Positions 23,601 through 38,600 of a stretch of 64,000 nt of DNA are shown here, one piece after another (position 1 is the first letter of the stretch; each line of letters begins with the position of its first letter). This DNA is from Phoronis australis (Eukaryota > Animalia > Phoronida). The stretch covers positions 954,133 through 1,018,132 of the forward strand of contig NMRA01000082.1 of assembly GCA_002633005.1 (NCBI GenBank), written 5' to 3'. The position numbers and the translations under genes are program-made. The notes beneath the pieces are model-generated. The model searched no databases. It was not told the origin of the DNA and saw only the letters and a program-made list of their open reading frames with translations.

Positions 23601-26600
23601 TCGATAACAGATCCCGGCAGCATACATTTACAAGCACACGTCAGTTGAAGCATTTTTGTGCATTCAAGATTAGCTGTCACTGACTGTTCCTTGTGTCGCG
23701 TCATTCAGACACGAATGTCCAATACAAGCACAAACACATTTTTCAAAAGAACCCATGCGCAACCCCATCAGCTTACAATTGTATGGTAATTAAAGTTTTG
23801 CGTATACCATAAGACTTATGGTGAAGAAAGTCTTTTACTGCAGATCAAGTTTTAAATTCTTGTAACCTCCCAAATTCATCGCAATGCATTAGTTGTTCTT
23901 TGCTTTACTTTCAGTTCATTATGCTGGAAACATCCTGCGGTCAGGCTCGACTTGGAACCAACCACGAGGCACCTACCTGTTTAATCGAATCTCCATACCC
24001 ATGGGAACTGTAGACGGTGTGTACGTGTCCCTCACGACGGGCGGTCATGCCGTTTGGGTTCAACTATGGCAGAGGTCAAGCGGGACAACTTTCGTGCTCA
24101 AAGAGTCCCAGTTCTTTGCCGCTCAGACCGCCGGCAACTTCAAGGTAACACAAGCCTAGCTGAGAACACGGTTTGACTAGGTAGATTAAATGGTTGTTGT
24201 AGCTTTTGGTATAAATGAGGAAAACAACGTATTAGATGAAGATCGGTTGGAAGTTCATAGAGCTTAATCTTGCATGGCTTGACATTTTTTGCTAATGCCT
24301 TGCAGTGTTTGTGTCACCGCTGCCAACTCTCGATTGCTCAGTTATAATAATTTTTGAAGGACTGACCAATAAAATACCTGCTTAGTATGTGATTTTGTAT
24401 TTTGGGATATATCACCTGTTTTCGAAATCAAATGTTAAAATGTTGAGATCTAAATTACGGATATGAGTATTCAGGGGAATTACGCTTCCATTTCAAAACC
24501 GAGAAAAAGGATCATGCTGACTTCAGCATCCCAGGCCATATACAACATTGGTATGAGGAATTACAGCGAGATGTCGAGATTTCTTGATGATGTGAGAAGT
24601 CAAATGAACCATGCCGACAGCAAAAACCAAAAAACATTGATCTGATGAGATGAGTTTTTACGTAATGTTGCTTTTTTAGTTAATACGATTTGAAATAGAA
24701 AATTTTCGTTTTGGGTTGTATCACACCCTCGTTCAATTAAAGTTCAATCTTTATGCAAGTGGTGGAAATCACACAAGTTTTCCATTTGCAATATACAGAA
24801 TTTTAACATACAGGCAACAGATCCTGTGGTTAGTGGGTTGGCCACCCTGCTTTATGGATTTGAAATCAGAAGATTGCCGTCTGAAAGAAATTTACAAATG
24901 CTGTTTCAGCAAAAGCATTCACTTCCTGCTTAGCCACTTGCGTAATCTACGCAGCCAGCTAACTTTGGATTTTGATGTATTTTCTCCATGGTCTTGTTAC
25001 GACGTTGTGTGTCTATTTCAACTTTTTGTTGTTTTATTTCAGAATTGCAGTAGGTATATTGTTACCACCGACGGTAATTTTATGTAACACTTATAGTTTT
25101 GTGTTTTACACGTTTTTTGCTGTTGGAGGGAAGTTCATTGAGTTCATCAGAAGTGAAGGAATTTTGCTAAAGATTGATAATTTAATAAGGAAATTAAAAT
25201 TTTATGTAGGTTGTGTTCAGTCGGCCTGTAGAGATCAAAGATGGTTCCTACAAACTGGCGTTTACCACCGACAGTGACGTCGGAATTGTTGCCCGCAACA
25301 ACCCTCCTGCTGGCGAATCGGCCGACGAGGTCTACAAGTACGAATTCGCGGGGTCCAACTTTCCTATCAATCTCGGCGAATCACACACCTTCAACTACAA
25401 CTTTGGCGACAGTAGCTTCCAGTTCTCTATTGGCATAGCTATTGTCAAGTGTGAGTTACTTACTCTGTTGTTTAATATAATTGTTTATGGCTGTTTTAAA
25501 CTCACTTTCCACAAAATGTATAACTTTTGACTTAGACCTCCTGCCGTTATGAAAATGGTCTCAACTTTTTTTTGCTCGTACTGTAAGTGATTCCTGGGTT
25601 TGAAACCATGACAACTGGCACGTCTTTTGTATTGATTGAGACTTGGTTCAACAATTTAGCTGTAATTGTCACAGCTGGTCATTCTATGTATTGAGCGTAG
25701 ACTCAAACAATTATGAAATGTCCTTTCTCTGTGCAGAAATCACCAGCACCACCAATTTAACTAATAGAGCGAACTGAGGCCCGCTTCAGTGTTATCTAGT
25801 TCCACTTTGTTGTCTCTGACCTCATTGGTGAGAGATAATGCTTTATTTCACCGGCTTTATTTTCTGATTGACAGCCGGTGCCTCTGTTCCGCCTAGTTTG
25901 ACGACAACTGTACCGTTGACAACCACGCAATCAGTAGAGGGCACCACCGTAGAGTTTACATGGTCTCCGCCAACTGGAGGTAAACTTTATTCCATGTATG
26001 GAAGTAAGGAGTGTTCAAGTAAACTATAATGGCAGCTTGAACAATGCCAATTAACAGGGCAGGCCCTGCTGAAGATATCTTGGATTTGTCTGTGCAAAAT
26101 GTTAATGTATATGTGCATGATTCAACATCTGTTCAAAAGATCTGTCAGCAAAACTTTTATTTCGATTTAAATATGATGGAAGCTGTAATGAATACTGACT
26201 AAGAGAGTGAAAGCCTCAAGTTTGATGATGTATCACTAGTGACTGCTTTTTGCACCATTTTAATGGAAGCTAGGTTTTCATTTCTGTATGAAATTCTAGA
26301 AAGTGGGCCATAGATTTCACCCAGTTCATTGCGTTACAAACAAATGATTGCTGTGTAAAAAATTAGAAAGTTAACAAGATTCATCATTTCATCTTCCAGC
26401 GACATACATTGGGAATCCCCCAAGACCTGGCTCTATATCCTGGTCATCACAAAGAGCCACTTACTTGCTCAGACAGGTGCCCCTCACAAGTGGCTATGTC
26501 GATCGGTTCTATTTTTCTGCCATCGGTCCGACCTCTCTGTTCTTTCAAATATGGACACCTGTACAGGGGGATTTTTTCAAAATGGTGGCATCCAAGCAGT

Positions 26601-29600
26601 TTTCAACCTCCACCAGAGGAGAATATCAGGTGAATTATGACTTTCTCTGCCTTGGTCACTTGAGAACTTTTGCCATCAACCATTGAATGTTGTGCTTGTG
26701 ATTCTTGCTTGAAGTGAGAAAATGTGGTTAAGGCCTGTCATCTGTGGATAAGCCTGAAAATTACCTTTGTCAGCAATGACTGCTAGTGGAATGTTTATTG
26801 ACAGTGCAACGCTAGTCGTGAATATTAGTCAAACTTAAACTTCATGGAGGAAAAGGAGAACCTAAACTGAAAAGCGTGAAAAAGAAAACCCTGACACAAG
26901 AAGTAAATTCGGACTTAATTCTGATACCCCTGCTGTGTACTGACATTTGTATTATGTGTTCGTCTCCTATCACAGGTGAAGTTTGACCAGCCCATCGCGG
27001 TGACTGCAAACGACCGTTTCAGTTTTACTATTACTGTCGACAAGGGTGATGTAGCACGACGTATTCCGGCGCAGGGTGAATCGGCAGATGTCATATACAC
27101 CCGAACGTTCACAGGGAATCAATATCCAAGTGTTGGACAGACATATGGCTTCTTCTATTCCTTCACAGAGTCTGTCTACAAGTACTCGGTTGGCGTAGCT
27201 ATCAGACCAGGTCTGTCTTCATGAACATTATATTCAGTACGATTTTTAGGTCAAAGTATAAGCTAATAGTTTTATACCGTCCTGTATTTCGCCCTGTTTG
27301 ACTGCTCGCTAAAAACAAAAATTGAATAAGACCTTTTGCTCTCATGAAATTGGTCTAACTGATTCTTTAGAGTGATAGGATTATTTCCCGGTAACGAATA
27401 TTCAGGGCATGAAATTCCCCTATTTTGAGAGGACTTACTTTTTTTGGTTTCGATTTCCTTTCATTTGATTTCCAGTTTCCTCTATTTTCGTTTCTTTTTA
27501 TCATTATTTTGATGTGGGACGAGGATTGGTTGAAATGAACAAAATAAAGTTTAGTGTCATTTTTTAAGATTTTCATCAATGCACGTGGATTATACATGTA
27601 GTGACCCCTAGTGTCCAATATTGTAACCATTGTGATCTTCAGTTTATGGCTTCCTTCTTGCAGAGTTTTATGTGGGAAACCTTGCTGCTCCTGGTGTTTC
27701 CTGGGACGGTAGTACTACGGCTTCCTACATATTCAACGACCTTGACCTTCCTCGTGGATTGGTCGACAGCGTGTATGCCTATTTCACGCTCACTCAGCGT
27801 CCCACTCGACTGCAAATATGGCTGCCGAAGCCAAACGGATTATTCACCCTTCTGCATGAGAAGTACTTCATAGCAGCCTCTGTTGGTGTACATAAAGTAT
27901 GTTGAAAGTTTCAGTTACTTTACGACGTCTTGACTTGTTCAATCTTGCAGACGGTATATTTAACAGAGCAAGACCGGTTTTATAAATAACCACAATACTG
28001 TTTGTTGGATAACTCCATTTTGCCAACTCATTTTTGGATGACCAGGTCTGTTGGCCGATGACTACAGTTAACTTTGAGCTTTTAACCATAAGAAGAGTTG
28101 ACATGTTTTTATGTCCCCCACTACAGGGAACAGAAGTAGAAGATAAGTTATTGATAATGGCTTCTGTTTAACATTGAATTAGTTATCGACTGTGTCATAT
28201 TTTGTTCCATGAGTAACCCTGCAATTGAATTGTTATCATAAGGCTCTATGTCTTGTTCTTGTCTACATTTGCTTATATTTTTTACACTGTACTGTATAGA
28301 TTAACTTCAACTCGCCAGTTTTGCTCACGGGCTCCGAGAAGTTTGGCTTCACCACAGATGTGTCTGCGGCAGCCATTGCTCGTAGGTCTCCAACCACTGG
28401 TCAAGCAGGAGACGTGCTGTACAAGTACAAGATATTTCAGTTCAAGTACCCTTCTGTTGGTAGAGACTACCCCTTGCAGCTCTCTCAGCCTGACTCACAG
28501 TTTTCGTACTCCGTAGGGCTGACCATTCACCCTGGTATAATTCTTTTAATATCATTAAAATTACCTTTTTAGCGTCGGATTAGTTTTATTTATGTAGGGG
28601 AATTGTTGTCTTATTTAGCACACAACATAGTCGATATGCGAAATTTTGTTTTGTCAGATATCTTAAAAAATAAAACGAAGACATATAGCATATTACTTGC
28701 ATAGCGTGTAAATGTCATTAAACATTTGGTATTGTTTCCACTATTTGAAGCTGGGTAATCAGCCTTTGTTGAATGGAAAATGATAATTTCGGCTATGCAA
28801 TTTTTTGTGGAATTTAGTGGAGACTTCTTCATGCAGCGCTTCATCATTTGTGTAATTTCAAATGTTGTATAACTTAAATATGACATGCATTTAAGATGCT
28901 GGTACTCATTTTTTGAAAAATTAAACAAAAAATGTAATATCTGCTGTATGGTAATGTTTCGTAAATCCTAACTTCAATGGAATTTTGTTATTTTAGATGT
29001 ATTAGGCTAACCAAGTAGTCCTAGCAAAGCCTTAGCAATATATATTTAGTCATGTAAATGTAGGCTTGTCAAATAATAGGCGAAGTTGACTTTTCGTGAT
29101 ATATTGCGTCACCGTGAGATCCCTGAACAGACGACAAAAGATTAATAACAGTTGTGTTGAATAGGGGTTTGAATAGAACACCATTGCGTTTGGTTGTTAT
29201 TCGCTACTGTTCGAATTAAATGGTTATTCTCGCGGTGACATAGACAAAAGCAAGCCAATATGCCAATCAGTTTGTTACATTTGGCAATTGATGGGAAAGT
29301 GATCTGAGCGATGCTTTTAACATACTGTAGGAACCAATTTTTTTGTTGTTGGCATTCAAGATAGGCTTTAATTTAGTCAATGTATATCATAACTTAGTTT
29401 ACATTATTTTATCTGTCTTCAGGTGAAACGTCTGCCAAACCACAGACAGTACCACCAACCCAACCATTGTCAACAACCACAGTGGCACCCCCTCCTGTGA
29501 CAACAGCAAAATCGGGGTGGACTGCACCTTCAGGATGTGAGTGCGCCCTTCTATGAATTTCAAGAATGTGACTCTAAATGTCAGGTGTATGAGAGGTTTT

Positions 29601-32600
29601 TATCTGCCACAGGTTGTGTTTTCGGCATTTTTAAAGCATGCGTTTTCTCCCAGTTAATTTTTAGTGAAATAGTATGGAAAAAAGTATCGATGATGTGTAA
29701 GTTTTGATCCTGAAGTGAATTTACGAGAAAGGCTAACCATTATGCAATGTATTGTTAAGTAATGTGCATTTTTCTTAAATTGAAAATTGATTTTTTAACT
29801 AGCCCTGTGGTGAAATTGTAAGTCTGTGTCCCTTTGTTTTTTTTTCACTTTTCAAGTTTTGTTGTAATTATTTTGTTTTTGTTTCTTGTGTCTTTATCAA
29901 ATTATGCATTACATGTTAAGTGTGATAATTAGGACATGTGTGTGACTTGGTGAGCGTGGACTTGTGTCTACTAACTTTATTTATATGAATTTTAAAAGAA
30001 GGCAAATAGAACCTCTTCACAAAGGCAACCTGTCTGCTGTCTTAGGTGAAATTTACTTAAGACCAGATTCTATAATTCCGGCCCAGTGTGTACAAGTACT
30101 GTTTGGGAACAGAGCCTACTCACAACTTTGACCTTTGGGATGTAAGCTTCTCATGGTAAAAAGACAGATTTGCCTTCTTATTTTATTTTGGATGGTAAGG
30201 AGGCAGGTTAGGGTTTTCATAAGAGTTCATGGGTGAAGTTGTTTTCAGATAGTGCATAAACCTCCGGATCCACCTTCAAATTGCATGATTTTGTTAATGC
30301 TACGATCATTTTGGATATCTGTGTTGTTGCATATTAAAATAGGTGTCACGTGTAATGTGCTGTTGCACGCACACTGGTTTATTTCGAAGTTGACATTAAC
30401 TGTTTCACCTGTAACCTAATAGTAGTGCCACAAACCTCCTCATAAACAAATATGTGCATTTGCTCTAACGACACTGTTGAACTGAAAATTGCCAATCAAG
30501 AATTAAAGAGGCTGCAGATGCCAAGATGGTGATGACAGAGGGAGGATATCGTGGCATTTGAGGAGCGTGTGTGGATGCAAAATTGGACTTAAATTTTTGC
30601 TCCCCAATATCCGTACCATGCCTGTGATTGTACAGAAAATTGTGTCACATGTTGGTGTATGTGCTTTTAGTGACATTTGCTGGCAATATACCCCGTTCAG
30701 GCTCGGACTGGGCATTGTCCACCATGGGGTCATTCATACTGTCTTCAGTCAACTTGCCAGCTGGACGACTGGACAGTGTGTATGCCTACTATGCACTGAC
30801 CATGCGGCCTTCATTCATTCAGCTATGGAGATGGGCTGGAGGCAATTCGTACAAGCTCCTTGTTAGCAAGTATTACTTTGCCACCAAAGTTGGAGAACAG
30901 AGGGTAAGTTTAGTTGTAGCTGGTAGGATACTACATTCTGATCAGAACTTTTGTGAATTTTAGAGAGCATGTTTTGCAGTCATGAAATGTGAACAACTTT
31001 TGCTTAGTGAGGTTATAGCATTCATTTGGGGAATTCATTTTGCCAGTCATAGTTGCCATCTAGTCTGCTGAAAAATCTGGTTCTTTGTAGAAACTGTTCT
31101 GATGAGTGCACACTCAGCTTAAGTGCAGAAAAATGCACTGGAACAAAATTCTTGCTTTTGGCTGCCAGTCAATCACAGAAATCAAGGCCAGTGACTTTAT
31201 GAGTTAAACATATTTAAAATACTTTCCTTGTGGGGTTTACCGCTGCAACCACTGAAGTCACGAGTTCGAATTTGTGTTGGGGTGTAATCTGATAAACAGG
31301 TTTCTCACCGTTGTGCCTTAAGATAGTGGACCTTGCAAACTAATTCCTTATCCTTGCGATATCTTAGTCAAATTAGTTAGAAACATAGTGTAAAGCGACA
31401 ATAGAAGTACGAAGTAGGTTGAATATTGCCAGGTGTTTTTAAGAGTATGATTAATTTTGTGGCGAAAATGATTCGCCGCAAATCACTCAACTGTGTCCAA
31501 TGAGTATCGTAATATGGTGCTGGGGAATAACACTGCATGATGCTGGCTATGTGAGCCTGCGAGGTATGTCATTAGTGCAAGGGTCACGTATTTGCAGATT
31601 TTTTTGTTCTCACATTTTTAAGTCTATGTTATGTTAAAATTTTAGTAATTGTTTAGTTTCAGGTTTAGATTAACATACAATTAGTTGGGAGCTTGCAAAC
31701 ACATCTTTAAGGGCTATAATTAAGTATTGGGGATATTCTAATAAGTCAAACCATTTGCTCTTTGAATAATGAAAACCTGATTGTAAATTAGTTTCTGTTC
31801 ACTGTCTCTAGTGGAAGACTTCAAATTGAGAAATGAGATTAGCGGTTGTGAGTTACGTGTCATTTCCACAGCACTGTCACTTAAATGAGCTTGCTATACA
31901 TTTTTTTTCAGATTTACTTCGACTCTAAAATAACTCTTGATGGAACTGAAAAGATCGGCTTTACTCCCGATGTCACCCAGTGTGCCATTGCTCGTGTGTC
32001 TCCCCCTAGTGGCCAGTCTCCAGACCGGGTTGACAAATACTTGTTCACGGGCACGAACTACCCGGCAGTAGGAAGTAGTTATGCAGTGGCGTACTCTGCT
32101 GGAGACTCCAGTTATATTTACTCAATTGGAGTCGCAGTGGACACATGTAAGTCCGTCTGACACCAGTGCATTCCTTATTGTGTAGCTTGAACTGCCCTAA
32201 CTGGTCTACTTTTCAAAGCATTGTCTGCTGTCCCTGTTGACAATCTTTTTCACACTGTAAATTGGCTAAGTTTCAAAACAAAAAGTCTTAACTATTTTCT
32301 ATTAATTTACTGTAAATTTTTATTCCCTGCCGGCTTTATTCTGGGATTGGATGAAATTTGTTAGTTTTTGTGAAGACTGTTGTGCGCATCTTATAGAACT
32401 GGACCTATCCTGAAGATAAGTAAAATTCAAATCCAATAACCAAATGAACTGGAGCTGTTTTCATAGACAGTACAAGTTCATGTACAAGAATCATGTGTGC
32501 CCTCTACATTAATGTACAAGTAGATGGCCCCACTTCTGAGGCTCGAAATGAAGTTTTGCTGATGTCATTTTAACAAGAATATTCATTTAAAGTAATTTTT

Positions 32601-35600
32601 AAAGCTGTTGTATCAAAAGCATTTTCATCTTTGGTGAATAAATGAACCTAGGAATATTTTTTTACGGAGATGTGGTCTGTTGTTAAAAAGTCTCCTCATT
32701 GTTCTATTTCAGCACCAGATGTCGCTACAACAAAGCCGGTTCCATCAACAGTAAAGACCACAGCAGGAAGTGTTGTTACAACAGATTCCTTTGTCTGGAA
32801 CCCACCTACAGGATGTAAGTTGTTGATTTCTGTGAGGCTTTTGATGCCATTTGCTGTCATATGACCAATGTGCATTCCATTCTTGGTGATAGCATGGGTT
32901 TAAAAGTATGGACCAATGCTTATTGCTTATTTTGAAACTTTGCTTTTGTTAGGTTGTAAGTCATTGACTTCTGTAAAGCTTTTGATTAGGTATACCTTAG
33001 TTGTGTTCTCAAAATGCTGTCTGCTGTCAGGTAACCATCATACGTTCTGTTCTTAATGACAGCATCTGTTTAAAAGTATGGGTGGCCTTATAACTTGGTG
33101 ATTTATATCTGGCATACATGTAACAATGAGATGAATTTTTTGCCTGTATATGTATGTGGTGTGCATATTTGAAATCACAATGTGGATTTCAGTGTAAAAA
33201 TAATATAAGTTCCTTCCGATTAGGTATACCTTTGTTGTGTTCTCAAAATGCTGTCTGCTGTCAGGTATCCATCATACGTTCTGTTCTTAATGACAGCATC
33301 TGTTTAAAAGTATGGGTGGCCTTATAGCTTTGTGATTTACATCTGGCATACACGCAACAATGAGATGAATTTTTTGCCTGAATCTGTATGTGGTGTGCGT
33401 ATCCGAAGTCACAATGTGGATTTCAGTATAAAAATGTAAGCTGCTTTATTAGCAATAAATCTACCTCTGTCAAAATGCAATAATATTGATTTAAGCTACG
33501 TTCTTCTATAAACCAATCTTGTCTCGGCCTTTACTTAGAAATGATTTCTGCTGTATACTCCTACACACTGTTTTATTTAAACATTGATAATATATACCTG
33601 TATCCTGACAGTAGTCCTTTATTTGAGTATCTTGTTAATAAGGATCTGTGTACTATTTTTTTATTTTTTCCTTTTTGTCACTGTGTGGCATTTAAGTTAT
33701 CAAGATGCTTTAAATATCTGCCATAACCATCGGTGATTTGTTTACTTTGAGTTTCACACAACAATATGGCGCCAGGTGAGCCGCATGATTTCATGGCTAT
33801 TTGAAGTAGAATGTCTGATCTCTATCTATGGCTCCAATCACAAAGAATACCATTGGAGAATTGAAGGGGTTGCAGATACGAACATTGAGGTGAAAGAGGG
33901 AGGGCATCTAGATGGTATCCGGGGATGGCACGTGTAGGTGCAAAGTTTGACTTGAATGTGTACCCCCCACGGTTTCAGTACTATGCCCATGATTGCGTAG
34001 TAAATGGTTTTGTGGATTTGCCTGTTCATTTGTTTAATTTCAGTGACATTTGCTGGTAATGTGCCCCGTCCAGGCTCGGACTGGCAATTGTCCACGATGG
34101 GGTCATTCATATTGTCTTCAGTCAACCTGCCAGCTGGTCGACTGGACAGTGTGTTTGCCTACTATTCACTAACCATGCGACCTTCATTCATTCAACTGTG
34201 GAGATGGGCTGGAGGCAATTCATACAAGCTCCTTGTTAGCAAGTATTACTTTGCCACCAAAGTTGGAGAACAAAGGGTAAGTTTTCCAGTATTCCATCTG
34301 ATCTCGTTTAAAATCAGAGCTACTTTAGAATATATTACTCCTGAGAAGTTCAGAGGATATGTTTGGCTTAGTCATGAAAGATGAAAGCTTTTGCACAGTG
34401 TCAGGTTATAACATTGCTGATTTAACCCCTGCCGTTCTAAGTTTCCGTCAAGTCCATTAAAAAACATGTTTCTTTGAAGCAGCTTTCCTTAAAGGGATAC
34501 AATTGGTTTTAGGGCAGAAAAAATTTTATTAACAAGTCCTTTGTGTTTTTGTGTTTTACTACAAATGGCCAATTCTTGCTGTTGGCTGCCAGTCAGTCGC
34601 AGAAAATAGAGACTGGTGATGTGAGTTAAATATACCTAAAATATTTCCCAAGTGGGGCTTAGATTTTGTAGTGGAGCATGGTATGGAGACTGTTTGAATT
34701 CTTCTTGGGGCTGATCTTATCATTAATTTTCTCTCTAATGTGTCTTTTTAAGAAATGTTGAGGATATTCTAGCAAATCAAAGTAAGAACGTTCATGCATG
34801 TAAAACCATCACAGAACACTTTTAATCTGACAATAATAGAAACCTGATTGTAAACTGATTCTAGTAAAAAACCTTGTAATGTGCACAACTTTAGAAATGC
34901 GAATAGCCATTGATAGTTTTACATCATTTCCAAGACGATGATGCTTAAATCAGCCTGCCACACTTTTTCAGATTTACTTTGACTCTAAGATAACTCTTGA
35001 CGGAACAGAAAAGATCGGCTTTACACCCGACGTGTCCCAGTGTGCCATTGCTCGTGTGTCTCCCCCTAGTGGTCGGTCTCCAGACCGGATTGACAAGTAT
35101 GAGTTCACTGGCACCAACTACCCGGCAACAGGAAGTAGTTATGCAGTGGCATACTCTGCTGGAGACTCCAGTTATATTTACTCAATTGGTGTTGCAGTGG
35201 ACACATGTGAGTATTCCAGTGACACAAGTACTTCCTAATTACCCGTATGTTGATTCTCAGTTCTGTTAGTTTTCAGGAAACATTTTGAAAAATATTTACA
35301 TGGTTTGGAAATTGGCAACCTTCAGTGCAAAAAATTGACTAATTTTGCTGTGGCTTACTGTTTGCTATTTCCTGCCGGGTTTCATTCTTAGTTTTGACGA
35401 AGTTTGCTAACTCCTTTGTCGAAGACTACTTCATGTTTCTAATAGTACTGGACATATGTTAAAAATATCTGAAATTTAGTGCAACTAACAGTTGAACGAG
35501 AACTGCCTTTGTTTGCACTGCTGGTATGGGAATCGTGCATGCTAAATAACACCTAAGAGGATGCACAGATACACTGGCATTAGTCAATATTTGATGAAAT

Positions 35601-38600
35601 TTAGAATCAGTTGACTTGCTGAAACACATTAAATGCAAAGGTTACATCTTTGGTTGCCAGTTGAGCCAAGATGAAGTTCTACGGAGATGAGATAAGAAAG
35701 TTTTATTTCAGCACCAGATGTCGCTACAACAACAGTAAAGACCACTGCAGGAAGTGATGTTACAACAGATTCCTTTGTCTGGAACCCCCCTCCAGGATGT
35801 AAGTCGTTTACTAATCTGTAAGGCTTTTGATTAGGTATACCTTTGTTGTGTGCTCAAAATCCTGTCTGCTGTCAGGAATCCATCATACGTTCTGTTCTTA
35901 ATGACAGCATCTGTTTAAAAGTAGGGGTGGCCTTGTAGCTTTGTGATTTACATCTGGCATGCATGTAACAATGAGATGAATTTTATGCCTGAATCTGTAT
36001 GTGGTGTGCGTATACGAAGTCACAATGTGGATTTCAGTATAAAAATGTAAGCTCCTTTATTAGCAATAACTCCACCTCTGTCAAAATGCAATTATTGATT
36101 TAAGCTACGTTCTGTTATGAAATCAATCTTGTCTCTGCCCTTACTTAGAAATGATTTCTGCTGTATACTCCTGCACACTGTTTTTATTTAAACATTGATA
36201 ATATATACCTGTATTCTGACAGTAATCCTTTATTTGAGTATTCTGTTAATGAGGGTCTGTGTACTATTTTTGTTTTATTTTTTCCGACTGTGTTTGCATT
36301 TAAGTTATCAAGATATTTGTCCACAACCATCGGTGGTTGATTTACAGTGAGTTTCACACAATATGTCACCAGGTGAGCCGCATACTTTTGTGGCTATTTG
36401 AAGTAGAACGTCTGATCTCTCTATCTATGGCTCTAATCACAAAGAATACTACAATTGGAGAATTCAAGGGGTTGCAGATAATTTATGAACTTTGTGGTGA
36501 AAGGGAGTGCATGTAGATGGTATCTGGATGGCACTTGTTGGTGCAAAGTTTGTTTTGAATCTGTGCCCCACAGTTTCAGTACTGTGCCCTTGATTGTGTA
36601 GAAAATGGTTTTATGGATTCACAATATGTTTAATTTCAGTGATGTTTGCTGGTAATGTGCCCCGTCCAGGCTCAGACTGGCAATTGTCCGCCATGGGGTC
36701 ATTCATATTGTCTTCAGTCAACCTGCCAGCTGGTCGACTGGACAGTGTGTTTGCCTACTATTCACTAACCATGCGACCTTCATTCATTCAACTGTGGAGA
36801 TGGGCTGGAGGCAATTCATACAAGCTCCTTGTTAGCAAGTATTACTTTGCCACCAAAGTTGGAGAACAGAGGGTAAGTTTTCCAGTATTTCATCTGGTAT
36901 AAAAACAGAGCTAGTTCAGAATTTCTTCTGAGAAATTTGGCGTAGTCATGAAAGGTGAAAAACTTGCACAGTGTTAGGGTTATAACATTGCTGATGTAAC
37001 CCTGGCGTTGTAAGTTTGCGTCAAGTGCAATAAAAAGCATGACGTAATTACTTTCAAGTAGCTTTCCTTAAAGGGATGCAATTTGTTTTAGGGAAGAAAA
37101 AGATTTTTAAAAATCCTTTGTGTTTTTGTATTTTGTTGCAAATCACCAATTCTTGCTGTTGGCTGCTTGTCAGTCACAGAAAATGGAGACTTCTGACGTA
37201 AGTTAACTACACCTAAAACATTTCCCTAGTCGGGCTGAGGTTTTCTAGAAGAGCATGGTATGGCGACTGAATTCTTCTTGGGGCTGATCTTATTATCAAT
37301 TTTCTCTCTAGTGTGTCTTTTTCAGAAAGAAGTATAGACGTGTTGAGGATATTTCTGCAAATCAAAATCAGAACATTCATGCATGTGAAACTATTACACA
37401 ACACTTCTAATCTCATAATAATAATAATAAAAACCCTGACCATGAACTGATTCCAGTCAAAGACCTTGTAATGTACTCAAGTTTAAAAATGCGAATAGCC
37501 ATTGAAAGTGCTACATCATTTCCAAGACGATGGTGCTTGAATCAGCCTGCCACACTTTTTCAGATTTACTTTGACTCCAAGATAACTCTTGACGGAACAG
37601 AAAAGATCGGCTTTACACCCGACGTGTCCCAGTGTGCCATTGCTCGTGTGTCTCCCCCTAGTGGTCGGTCTCCAGACCGGATTGACAGGTATGAGTTCAC
37701 TGGCACCAACTACCCGGCAACAGGAAGTAGTTATGCAGTGGCGTACTCTGCTGGAGACTCCAGTTACATTTACTCAATTGGTGTCGCAGTGGACACATGT
37801 GAGTATTCCAATATTTCTTAATCGTTAGTGGTGATTGTCTGTTCAGTAAAGCATCACAACTGATTTCAACAAGATTTTCCTCTTACTCGTATGTCAGTTC
37901 ATTTAGTTTTCAGGAAACGTTTTGAAAATTATTAAACATGCTTTGGAAGTTGGCAAAATTCGGTGCAAAAAATTTGACTAATTTTACTGTGGCTTACTGT
38001 TTGCTATTTCCCGTCAGGTTTCATTCTGAGTTTTGACGAAGTTTGCTATCTCCTTTGTTGAAGACTACTTCATGTTTCTTATAGTATTGAACATATGTTT
38101 AAATATCTGAAATTGGTGCAAATAACAGTTGAACGAGAACTGCCTTTGTTTGCACCAAAGCCACACGAACTACAGGGTAAACGATTACATGAATTGTGCA
38201 TCCGCTCAGACTTCTCATGGATTTTGTGGACATTTGTCTCATTTTCTCGGACTTATTGTTTTACTGAGGCGGACCTTTTTGCCCAAATCGCCGTAATGGG
38301 GTGGGGGGAAGGCTCAAACGAGTCCCCCCGAGCCCCCTCCCCGAGCTCCCCCCCCCTGGGTACGCCCATGGACTAGAAAGCCTTGTTTTTGTTCTATGTC
38401 AGCACCAGATGTCGCTACCACAACGCCGGTTCCAACAGTAAAGACCACCGCAGGAAGTGTTGTTACAACAGATTCGTTTGTTTGGAACCCCCCTCCAGGA
38501 TGTAAGTCGTTAATTTCTGTGAGATTTTTGACGCCATTTGCTGTCGTATGACCAATGTACTCATTCTTTGTGATATGAGTTTAAAAGTATGGACAATGCT

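Larger units (their letters stand above)
32700..38560 (+). repeat. Recent tandem duplication of whole repeat units 6-8, including introns
   Basis: Intron pairs 33218-34043/35829-36639, 34277-34971/36873-37563 and ~35255-35518/~37885-38155 align by eye; 32815-32945 resembles 38502-38622. Confidence 0.88.
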
